From Thecamonas trahens ATCC 50062 (taxonomy: Eukaryota > Protista > Apusomonadida): a stretch of DNA of 63,098 nt. The notes below the pieces were generated by a model. The model worked only from the letters and a program-made list of their open reading frames with translations. It ran no database searches and had not been told where the DNA came from. Positions 54,675 to 63,098 of the stretch are shown here, one piece after another. Within the stretch, counting starts at the first letter, position 1; each line of letters starts with the position of its first letter. The stretch is taken from contig NW_013657619.1 in assembly GCF_000142905.1 (NCBI RefSeq), forward strand, positions 1 through 63,098, given 5' to 3'. Position numbers and translations under genes: made by a program.

Positions 54675-56273
54675 CTAGCTGTCTGGAAAGGCAAAGGCGC
54701 GCTGGCCGTCGCGCGGAGTGGCGGCGGCAACAGGTGTGGCCGACGCGGCCGATGTCTCGTTCCGCATGGTGACAAAGAACTGGCGCTGGAGGGTGGCGAC
54801 GAGCGAGGACGCAGACGAGGCCTCTGGATCAAAGACGTGGACTGGATCGTGGGCCGAGAGCGGGTCAAGGGCCACAAGCGGCGCGCCGTAGGCCTCCGAC
54901 TCGGGCAGCAGCTCAAGCCATGCCGCGAGCAGATCGTCGGCAATAATATGCTCGTCCGGAGTGAGGAACCGCGGCGGGAGAGTGCCGGCCTTAGTCTGCA
55001 GTAGGAGCGCCCGCCGCTCACCTCCCGACGTGCCCTGGACTGTAGTGACGGCCGAAAAGTGTGCGCCGTTGAAGAGGACTACCAGCGGGGCCCGCGACGT
55101 TAGTCCGGGATCGCCCCACAGTAGCGGGAGGTAGACGCCGACCATACCGGCAAGGAGCGCATCGTGGTCGCCAAACAGCACAATCGGGCGGCGGAGAACG
55201 TTGGCAAGAACAAAGGCGTGGAGTTCAGTGAGGTAGCCAGCCCGCAGCGATGCTCCGTGGTCGGTCATGACCAAGCCGAGCTGCTCGTCCCACTGACTCG
55301 CAAGCGCCGTCTCAGACGGCTCTTGGATGCCGAGCGCGACATCAATCCGCTTGCGCTCGGCAAAAACCGCGCCTTGATGGCGGCTACGGTCGCGGCGGCA
55401 GCATCACTGCTGCTGCTCGGCATCAACGTACTGGCGATGCACGAGCGGAGGACGGTGGTCCGGTCGTGGACTCGCCACAGCAGGAGCGAGGCCGAGTGGC
55501 AGAGGCAGTTGCCGTCGCCAAGTGTGTGAAGAACCACCGCGCGTGACGCGCCAGTCTCGCTCCGCCGCCAGTTGAGAACGCCGGCGTCGTCGGCCTCGGT
55601 CCGCGCCGTCACGTACTCGTCGATGAGGAGCTTGTTGACCAGTGCCTGCATAGTAGCGTCGCCAAAGGCTGGCACCACAAAGACCGGCGGAGTCTCGGCC
55701 ATCGCCCGCAGCCCATGCTCCTCGTCGTCAATCACCAGCCCGGCGAGCATCGTCCGCAACGCACTCGCCAGCTCGGGCTCGGATGCCGAGAACCGCCGGA
55801 CAGCAGGCAGCGTCTCCTCCTCCATCGACCGCCGCAGCGCCTCGGACATGCCGTCGTCGTCGGCGCCGCCGCCGCCCAAAGGCTCGGCCGGGTTGAGGAA
55901 CTCATCCATCTCGGCCTCGGCCTCGGCCAAATCAGCCTCGGCACGGGTCAGGTCCATAGTCAGCACCAGCAGCCTGTCCTCCACCGCTGCCATCATGCCC
56001 GGATTCGCCTCCAACTGCGACTGCAACGTGATCAGCTCGAGCTGCGTCCGCTCCTGCGCCGCCCTAGCCGCACTCATTTTGTCTGTCCACCCGCCGCTCT
56101 CTGTGTGAGTGTGTCCGCCTGCACACCCTCGTCCTACGGCACTGCGCCCGACTAGCCGTACTGCGGATGATGGAGTTGCGCGACTTGAAGCACTGCGAGC
56201 AGTACCCGTTCTGCGAGCCGAAGAAGCCACACTCGGGCGCCTTGCACGTCGCCCGTCCACCCGTAGCAGCCAT
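54675..56273 (-). CDS. A20-type zinc finger + UIM + OTU deubiquitinase (A20/Cezanne/TRABID family); intron 56161-56083; frameshift near 55364
   Basis: CKAPECGFFGSQNGYCSQCF (A20 ZnF), SEALRRSMEE (UIM), TLGDGNCLCHSAS..W.V.D...LR, LTELHAFVLANVLRRPIV, GVYLPLLW, FNGAHFSAV. Confidence 0.9.
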
Positions 56274-56964
56274 GTTTTGGGGATGGGGGGGGGGGGGGGG
56301 GGGGGGGTGGGTGGGTGGGTGGTGGTGGGTGGGTGTGGGTGGGTAAAATTTATTTTTGTATAGGCCCAGTACCTGTGGCTGTGGCTGTGGCTGTGCCTGT
56401 GGCTGGGGCTGGGGCTGGGGGGGGAAACGGGACATTTCCGCTTTGTTGTTTTGGCTGATTTTGGTTTAGATCCCCCCCCCCCCCCCCCCCCCCAATGGAA
56501 GGTCTTGTGGGAAGGAACTGGCGATAAAATTGTATTCTTTTGATCTGTCACGGAAGGCGTCTCGGGATCTCCTGTACCGTGACATTGTTCTGACCATTGG
56601 GAGCTTTTGTACGTATTTTTTTTTCGCCATCCGCTGCCGGCGCGTGGGTCACTGGCGGACCACCACCTCACGCTCACGTGGAGGCAGAAGAGGGAAGAGA
56701 GATAGAGAGGGAGGGAGAGGGAGAGAGGGAGAGAGACATAGAGATATAGAGAGCTCGGTAGAGATAGAAGAGGGAGGGGTGGGAACAAGATAACAAGAAG
56801 CAAGCAAGCAGCTAGGCATAGGTGTACTCATGCCCGCCGTGCCGTTGATGCGCTTCAACTGTCAGCAGGCAAAGGGGTGGCAAGCATGGCTGGGGCCAGA
56901 CCGACCGACTGGGACTGGGGCTGGGACTGGGACTGGGACTGGGACTGGGACTGGGCTAACGGCA

Positions 56965-58503
56965 ATGCTGTCAGCTCGGCTGGTGGCAGTGCTGGTGGTG
57001 GCGGTGGTACTCGTGGGTGGCGGTGCTGGTGGTGTGGCTGGTGAGCCTGTGCTGGTGGTCTCGTACGCATCGACGGAGACGGCCATGGCCACGTCGTCCA
57101 CTATGTCGCTCCAGCTCATCAACGGGACCTTTGTGGTTGGTACCACCTTTGACGCTGTCAAGGAGGCCATTCTGGCAGGCATCACGGTCTCACAATCAAT
57201 TGGTCCGCATGGCTGGGCCGAGCTCATCACTCCGCGGCTGCTGTCGGAGAACGCTACTCGAGTCGTGGCCGTCTCGCCAACGATCACCCAGATCCTTGTC
57301 CCAGCTGCACCTGGCTACGACATTGACGGCGACGAGGTGTTGTCTATCCGGCTGCCAGCCGCGGCGCTACACGGTAATGAGACGGCGGATGTGGTGGCGG
57401 TGGACGCCGCGAGGATCCAGGCCGTCGGGACGTGCGCCATTCTGGAGGGCACGCCGTGGACTGAGTCGGACGTCCGCGACGGCACCATGTCATTTTCCGT
57501 CCGACTCACCGGCATCCAGCTGGTGACCGAGCCGCATTTTACGCCGTCGACGCTCGCGACGGCGGCGCTTGTTCGGTCAACCCTCGACGCGTCGCCGCCG
57601 CTGGAGGCCGGGTGGGACGCGGTCGTCAAGCCGCAGCTGGAGCAGCTGGCGGCCTCGGTTTTCATCCGAGTCTCGGCACACGAGTTGATGGTGGCAGTTC
57701 CATCGGTCCCGACGTTTTCCGTTGGCGAGTTCATCTCGGAGCCGATCGATATCCAGCTGCACTCGTCGATGGTGACGGTTGGCTCGCATGTGTTGTGCTC
57801 GGGCCTCACCGTGGTGTATAACGACCTGGTCAACAGCACTGGACCAGGTGCCCAAGACGAGTCGATCGACCTGCCGCTACTCAACCGCCTGCCGTCGCGC
57901 ATGTATGGCTTGGCCACGTGGCTATTTCTAATCCTAGTCTTTGTGGGCTGCTGCTGCTTCTGCATCTGCTGCTCCAAGCTGCTCCGCAAGTGCTGCTGCT
58001 CCGGTGAGAAGAACGCGGTCGGGCCGGGCCCGATGGGCACCCACGGCTTTGCGCCACCGACCATCGTCCTTCCGGCCGAGGAGGTGGCGTCGCCGCGGCA
58101 GACGCAGATGGGCACGGCGTCGGCCCCTGTCTCGCCGACCTCGCCGTCGGTGGTCTCGCCCAAGTCGCCCAACGCGCTTTACATGCTCGGCGCCGTTCCG
58201 CACCACGCGGCCTCGTCGCGAGTCCTCCCGCTGCACACGTCGTTCAGCGAGGAGCTCGACTACTCGATGCCGTCGGATCCGTCCCCGCGCGACGCCTCGA
58301 TTCATCTGGAGCAGCAGCGAGCGGGTGGCGGTGGCGAGCGCCCGCGCATGCCACGCGCCACAACATTCCTTGCGCCTGCCGATGCTACCGCTCGCGCCGC
58401 CGATCGCTCCGCCCGCCGCTCGCGGCTCAAACCGTCCAAGTCTCTGGCCACCCTCTCCCGATCGCCGACGTACTCGGGCTACAAGGGCTCAGGTGGATGG
58501 TGA
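56965..58503 (+). CDS. Type I membrane protein with two extracellular beta-rich repeats and a Cys-rich juxtamembrane segment
   Basis: Signal peptide MLSARLVAVLVVAVVL; repeats GW.ELI.P..VAVS..ILVP.APGYDI..E.LSI and GWDAVVKP..IRVS..VAVP.VP.F.V..EPIDI; TM followed by GCCCFCICCSKLLRKCCC. Confidence 0.75.
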   Translation: MLSARLVAVLVVAVVLVGGGAGGVAGEPVLVVSYASTETAMATSSTMSLQLINGTFVVGTTFDAVKEAILAGITVSQSIGPHGWAELITPRLLSENATRVVAVSPTITQILVPAAPGYDIDGDEVLSIRLPAAALHGNETADVVAVDAARIQAVGTCAILEGTPWTESDVRDGTMSFSVRLTGIQLVTEPHFTPSTLATAALVRSTLDASPPLEAGWDAVVKPQLEQLAASVFIRVSAHELMVAVPSVPTFSVGEFISEPIDIQLHSSMVTVGSHVLCSGLTVVYNDLVNSTGPGAQDESIDLPLLNRLPSRMYGLATWLFLILVFVGCCCFCICCSKLLRKCCCSGEKNAVGPGPMGTHGFAPPTIVLPAEEVASPRQTQMGTASAPVSPTSPSVVSPKSPNALYMLGAVPHHAASSRVLPLHTSFSEELDYSMPSDPSPRDASIHLEQQRAGGGGERPRMPRATTFLAPADATARAADRSARRSRLKPSKSLATLSRSPTYSGYKGSGGW

Positions 58504-58900
58504 TGAACGTGAATGATTGGAGTATTCTTGGGTAGGGGGGGGGGGGGGGGGGGGGGGGGGGAAAAAAAAAAAAGGGGTGCGGAAGAGAAAGTCCCCTTTT
58601 TTAAAAAGGGGGGGAAGGGGAAGGCCTAAGAGACACGATNNNNNNNNNNNNNNNNNNNNNNNNNNNNNNNNNNNNNNNNNNNNNNNNNNNNNNNNNNNNN
58701 NNNNNNNNNNNNNNNNNNNNNNNNNNNNNNNNNNNNNNNNNNNNNNNNNCACTGCTCCCCCCCCCCCCCTCCAGCTCCTCGGGGTGTGCGCAGCATGCGC
58801 GGCACTCTCGGCCCATCTGATCTCCACCGCCCAATGGGGCCCTGCTGCTCTCTTTGCTCCGCTGGCGGCCCTTGCGTACCACCTCTCCACCCTCCCCCTC

Positions 58901-59689
58901 ATGTCACATCCCCAGGATCCAGCCGCATCAGCTCCCGCATCGGCTCCGGCTCCAGCTTTGGCTCCGTCTGCACCGCACGCATCGCTTTCGCTTGACCTTG
59001 GTGAGACGCCGCCGTGGCATCATGGTGGACGCGAGCCACGGGCGGCGTATGAGCCGAGACTGGCCATGCCGTATCGGACTGGAGGCGCGAGGGGTGGTGG
59101 AGGTGCGGGCGCGGAGGGCGAGCCAGAGTCGCCGGTAGAGGCGAGGGCAAGAGGCGGGGCACTGGCTGTGTCCACTCCGCCGGCTACGCCAGGCAGTCAG
59201 ATGGGGATGATGGCGGACATCTCGATGTCGCCGCTGACTCCTGCCCAGTCGTCGACCTTTTCCATGTCGCGCATCTCTATTCTGCCGACGCCGCCACTGA
59301 TGAGCGGCGGCTTGTCGCACCATCCATCGCGGGTCATCCGCGATGCCACACTGCTGCAGAGCCCGCTGCGTCGCAGTCCGGCTCCGACCGCACCGGCTCG
59401 CTCGCCGAGCCGCGCCCCGCAGTTCCTCGCCAACCCGCCGACGGCCTCACTCACCGATGTACTCCTCCCCAAGCAAAGCAGCAGACCGGCCGCAGCACGG
59501 CGTGGCACGAGCGGGCTCTGCGCCAAGATCGACCACTCGCCCACTGCCGATGGCAGGGAGGAGGCACCGCCGCCAGCAGTGTCAGCCCGCGCCGTGATTG
59601 ACGAGCCGGCCAAGGTGGTGCACCGGACAGACGGACTTTACCTCGGACGGGGGCGGTTTGTGACCTCGTCGCCGGGCGACGGCGGGTGA
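58901..59689 (+). CDS. Hypothetical low-complexity Pro/Ser/Ala-rich protein
   Basis: Open frame from ATG 58901 whose stop lies 4 bp from the convergent RasGEF stop. No family recognised. Confidence 0.5.
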   Translation: MSHPQDPAASAPASAPAPALAPSAPHASLSLDLGETPPWHHGGREPRAAYEPRLAMPYRTGGARGGGGAGAEGEPESPVEARARGGALAVSTPPATPGSQMGMMADISMSPLTPAQSSTFSMSRISILPTPPLMSGGLSHHPSRVIRDATLLQSPLRRSPAPTAPARSPSRAPQFLANPPTASLTDVLLPKQSSRPAAARRGTSGLCAKIDHSPTADGREEAPPPAVSARAVIDEPAKVVHRTDGLYLGRGRFVTSSPGDGG

Positions 59690-59693
59690 GCAG

Positions 59694-62489
59694 CTAGCGA
59701 CGGTTTGACGACTGGCTGTGCGATGACGAGGCAGCCAGCGCCTCGGCGAGCTCCTTCATCCACGGCGGGACGAGCGCGCGGGCGTCCTTGGCGTTCTTGG
59801 CACGGGCTCGCGAGAGCTTGCGGAACGATTTGCGGGTCTTGGGAAACTTATTGAGGACGGACTCGCAGTCAGCCTTGGAGAGTGCGAGGAGCACGACGTC
59901 CGAGTGGGCTCGGACCGAGGCCGAGCGCGGCTTGGAGGTGAAGAGCGAGACCTCGCCAAAGAAGGTGCCCTGGTTGGCCGGAAACGTCCGGCCGTCGGGC
60001 AGCTCAAAGTCGACGATGCCCTTGGAGATAAAGTACATGTTTGCGTCATCCGAGTCGCCCTCGCGGATGATGTACTCACCTGCGCGGAAGGTGCGCTTGC
60101 GCAGGTGCTGACGCATGGCAGAGAGGAGGCCCTTTTCGGCAGCCTCGTCCGAGGCCTTGGCCGCCTCCTTGGCCAGCTTTTGCATCCACTCGGGCGGCTC
60201 ACCGTCCGAGTTGAGGCGCGCCTCGCCGAGCTTTTGGAACCGGGCGCGCATGTGCGGAAACTCGGTGAGCACCTCATCGCACGCAGCCTTGGTGAGGACG
60301 AGCGCCTCGACCCGGGTCTGGGCCCAGATGCTGGCGGTCCGCTTGCGGTGGAGGAAGAGCGCGATCTCGCCAAAGAATGCGCCCTGGTTGAGCGGGAACG
60401 AGCGGCCGTCGGCAAGATCAACGTTGACGATGCCGTCGCGGACAAAGAACATCTCCGAGCCGACCTCGCCCTCGCGGACAATGTACTCGCCCTCGGCGTA
60501 GGTCCGCAGCGTCATGGCAGCAAAGAGCTTGTCAAGCATCTCGGGATTGTCGCCGATGTCGAACGAGGGCCGCTGCGAGCCGGCCGGTGGCGCGTGGGTG
60601 ATGCGGGTCATGGTCTCGCGCGAGAGGAACGGCTCGGCGTCGACTTCGAGTCTTGCGCCGCGTGGCTTGAGCTGCAGCGAGCGCGCGTACTGCGCGTCCT
60701 CGTCGAGAGTGCCCGGCATGTTGATAAAGGTCTCGATGGTGGAGACCGGATTGAGAAGGTAGTCATCGGCGCGGCCGCGGAGAACGGCCTGGACGACGTC
60801 GGCGGTCATGCGCTCTTTCTCGAGGTTGACGAGCTTGGTTGGCCCGACTTTGCTCTCATTGCCGTCGTCGATAAAGACAAGGTCCTGGAGAAAGACACCG
60901 AGGTATGGGATGAACGGCGTCGGTGCCCGCTTGAGCGTCTCGCGGTACGACTTGGAGTTGTTCGACATGGACATAAACTCGGAGAGCTCCGAGTAGTTGT
61001 CCTCGTAGCTCTGCGGAATGGCAGCAAAGGTCGACGAGAGCCGCGAGAGCGCAACAGAGCCGAGCGCCGAGAGAATGGCCATGAGCGTGGCGTAGTTGCG
61101 GAGGACCATGCAGTTGTTGGCGACATCGATGAGGAAGCAGACGGCGTGGGCGCGCTCGTGTGGGTCGCTCCCTCGGAGCACGTGGGTCACCGCCCACCGA
61201 GTGGTCATGTTGAACTCGTCGATGGCGGCGAGGAGGTTGGGTGCGGCGACGGCGGCCGAGTCCTTGGCCCACGCCTGCTTGAGAAACTCGGGCGCGGTGA
61301 TGTGCTTGTACGCCGCAAACGCGCGCCGGGTCAGCTGACGCGCAAGCTCGAGCGGATGGACCTGCTCGTTGGCGAGCTTGGAGATGGTTGACGATGAAAC
61401 GAGCTCGGCCCGTGGCGCCGCTGCCGAGCTCACCGCCGAGTAAGTGTGTTCGGTGACAAAGTCGCGGGCGCGGGTTTGCTGCAGCTCACGGAGGCGAGCA
61501 ATACGGACGAGGGCGGCGTCGTTGCCGAGGCCAGCTGCAAGCTGCTCCATCGAGTCAAAGGCGGTGGTAAGGGCAGAGAGCTCGTGCGCGCGGTCAGGGC
61601 CGGCAAAGTCGCAGTAGTGGTTGGTGATCCAGGTGGCGATGACGTCGAGGACCTTGGTCTGGATGGCTGGACGGATGGTGGCGGTGAAACGAGAGACCTC
61701 GTGTTGGGTGGCAGAGATAGGCATGGCGCAGCTGAAGCGGGACACGAGGAGATCGATGAGTGAACTGGTTGAAATGTAGTTGGAGTGGGTGAGAAGGACG
61801 ACAGTACGGAGCTCCGAGGCGGCGACGCCCGGCAGCGTCAGCCGCCACACCAGCAGCTTGGTCTCCATGGCAAGAACGGCGAGTCTTGCGCGCGAGTCGG
61901 TGTACGCATCGGGCCAAAAGACCGAAATGTCCCACTCGTTGGCGGTCGACGAGTCGTCGTCGATGGCCACCTCCATGAGCGAGTGCGAGAACTGCCTGTT
62001 CGAGCCGAACGAGGCCGACGAGTTGAGCCGCGCCGCCAGCGCCGCCAGCGAGTCTGGCCGTCCACGACTTCGATCCTTGGCATCGCCCTCCGCCATCGGG
62101 CTCTTTCCCGCCGCACCACGCGATCGCCCGTCGTCGTCACCGGTGGACGACGAGAGCAGCCGAGCCTCCTCGAGCTTGAGCTGGGTCGACTGTACGCGCA
62201 GGGCACGGTAGCGCGACTGTAGATCCGAAAGTCGCGTCCCGCGCGGTGTGGCGGCCACGCCTGTCTCCTTCTCGTGGGCCATCATCGACTCGAGCTTGGA
62301 CTTGATCTCGGCCTTTTGCGCCGTTGCCTTTGCCCGTCGTGCGCCGACCTCTTGCTCCACGCTCACCTCCTCGCCCAGGGCGCGCTTGACCTCGAGGTAA
62401 TCGTCATAAGCGCCCTGCAGGGCTATCTTGAGCGACCGAATCCGCTCCTTCAGTTTCTGCTTCCGCGCCAACAGCGCAGCCGTTGTCAT
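59694..62489 (-). CDS. RasGEF (REM + CDC25) with two C-terminal cyclic-nucleotide-binding domains
   Basis: REM: LLTHSNY.S...LI.LL..RF, KVLDVIATWI..HY.DF. CDC25: ELARQLT, EFLKQAW, LRNYATLMAILSAL, PFIPYLGVFLQDLVFIDDGN. CNBs: YIVREGEVGSEMFFV..G..FFGEIAL..RTASI and FFGEVSL..RSASV. Confidence 0.93.
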   Translation of the reverse strand: MTTAALLARKQKLKERIRSLKIALQGAYDDYLEVKRALGEEVSVEQEVGARRAKATAQKAEIKSKLESMMAHEKETGVAATPRGTRLSDLQSRYRALRVQSTQLKLEEARLLSSSTGDDDGRSRGAAGKSPMAEGDAKDRSRGRPDSLAALAARLNSSASFGSNRQFSHSLMEVAIDDDSSTANEWDISVFWPDAYTDSRARLAVLAMETKLLVWRLTLPGVAASELRTVVLLTHSNYISTSSLIDLLVSRFSCAMPISATQHEVSRFTATIRPAIQTKVLDVIATWITNHYCDFAGPDRAHELSALTTAFDSMEQLAAGLGNDAALVRIARLRELQQTRARDFVTEHTYSAVSSAAAPRAELVSSSTISKLANEQVHPLELARQLTRRAFAAYKHITAPEFLKQAWAKDSAAVAAPNLLAAIDEFNMTTRWAVTHVLRGSDPHERAHAVCFLIDVANNCMVLRNYATLMAILSALGSVALSRLSSTFAAIPQSYEDNYSELSEFMSMSNNSKSYRETLKRAPTPFIPYLGVFLQDLVFIDDGNESKVGPTKLVNLEKERMTADVVQAVLRGRADDYLLNPVSTIETFINMPGTLDEDAQYARSLQLKPRGARLEVDAEPFLSRETMTRITHAPPAGSQRPSFDIGDNPEMLDKLFAAMTLRTYAEGEYIVREGEVGSEMFFVRDGIVNVDLADGRSFPLNQGAFFGEIALFLHRKRTASIWAQTRVEALVLTKAACDEVLTEFPHMRARFQKLGEARLNSDGEPPEWMQKLAKEAAKASDEAAEKGLLSAMRQHLRKRTFRAGEYIIREGDSDDANMYFISKGIVDFELPDGRTFPANQGTFFGEVSLFTSKPRSASVRAHSDVVLLALSKADCESVLNKFPKTRKSFRKLSRARAKNAKDARALVPPWMKELAEALAASSSHSQSSNRR

Positions 62490-62565
62490 GCTGGCCCTGT
62501 TCTGCCTTGACAGACTTTGGAAGGACGGAGAGAGCTGACGGTGTGCAACGACATGGACCGCTCAC

Positions 62566-62900
62566 CTTCAATTGTTGCCTGTTGAAATAATCGTTGCCAC
62601 TCCCTTCAATTGTTGCTTGTTGAAATAATCGTTGCCACTCCCTTCAATTGTTGCTTGTTGAAATAATCGTTGCCACTCCCTTCAATTGTTGCTTGTTGAA
62701 ATAATCGTTGCCACTCCCTTCAATTGTTGCCTGTTGAAATAATCGTTGCCACTCCCTTCATTGTTGCTTGTTGAAATAATCGTTGCACTCCCTTCAATTG
62801 TTGCTTGTTGAAATAATCGTTGCCACTCCCTTCAATTGTTGCTTGTTGAAATAATCGTTGCCACTCCCTTCAATTGTTGCCTGTTGAAATAATCGTCACT
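62566..62900. repeat. 38-bp tandem repeat x9 (CTTCAATTGTTGCTTGTTGAAATAATCGTTGCCACTCC) with TTCAA-N10-TTGAA dyad
   Basis: Units start at 62566, 62604, 62642, 62680, 62718, 62756, 62792, 62830, 62868. AT-rich relative to the surroundings; no spacers. Confidence 0.95.
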
Positions 62901-63032
62901 AGCACTTCCTTCAATTACATCTCGTTCACATACTCGTGTCACACAGTTCGTTGCCAATTCCCGCCAGCCAACGGACCAGCTCACCCACCCACCCACCACC
63001 CTACCCCCCCCCCCCCCCCCTTCCCTGTCCTC

Positions 63033-63098
63033 ATGGAGAGCGTACTCGCCAAGTACGGCCCCGTGGAGAGCAGCGGACTGGAATGGACGTCCCCGCTG
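63033..63098 (+). CDS. Probable 5' end of the next gene (MESVLAKYGPVESSGLEW...)
   Basis: ATG following a poly-C tract, as for other genes in this window; frame open to the window end. Confidence 0.35.
   Translation, partial: MESVLAKYGPVESSGLEWTSPL

Noticed and set aside
56546-56584. Hairpin TGTCACGG...CCGTGACA as a snoRNA or other ncRNA
   Set aside because: A single 8-bp stem with no supporting second hairpin or boxes; could be chance.
62566-62900. CRISPR array (38-bp repeat containing TTGAAA)
   Set aside because: No spacers; a pure tandem repeat.

Overview
Gene-dense, GC-rich eukaryotic (protist) genomic scaffold with 7 N-gaps (10754-10853, 20942-21041, 27828-28524, 42474-42599, 43978-44788, 46069-46871, 58640-58749). 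Few spliceosomal introns, mostly near 5' ends, with GTACG/GTATG donors. Ciliary GTPases (ARL16, Rab28) and the codon style suggest a flagellate such as the apusomonad Thecamonas; this is inference, not verified. About 35 genes are present. Recognisable ones: CAMKMT, PDCD2L/Tsr4, CCT5, ARL16, eIF3i, RCL1, an ankyrin protein, a KAR-like SDR, Rab28, PIG-L, two PLAC8 proteins, a GPCR-PIP kinase fusion, a GCKR/MurQ-like protein, HIBCH, CCDC22, PRP19, RhoBTB-like, AP5Z1, a 6-EF-hand calmodulin-like protein, TBCA, YqgF-like, an A20-type OTU deubiquitinase and a RasGEF with two cNMP-binding domains. Highlights: (1) a hidden Rdx/SelW-type selenoprotein gene that the ORF track truncates at an in-frame TGA (CxxU), with an MGxxxS myristoylation start and a non-canonical SECIS candidate; (2) a ubiquitin-like/Lys-rich protein ending in a tropomodulin N-terminal domain without the LRR; (3) a CH-CH actin-binding protein carrying a degenerate nucleotidyl-cyclase domain; (4) a GKRP-like protein that keeps both MurQ catalytic motifs; (5) two related palindromic minisatellites, both between divergent genes; (6) at least seven genes that each need exactly one extra base, mostly at short homopolymers (probably sequencing under-calls). 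All family calls come from motif recognition by eye; no database search was run.
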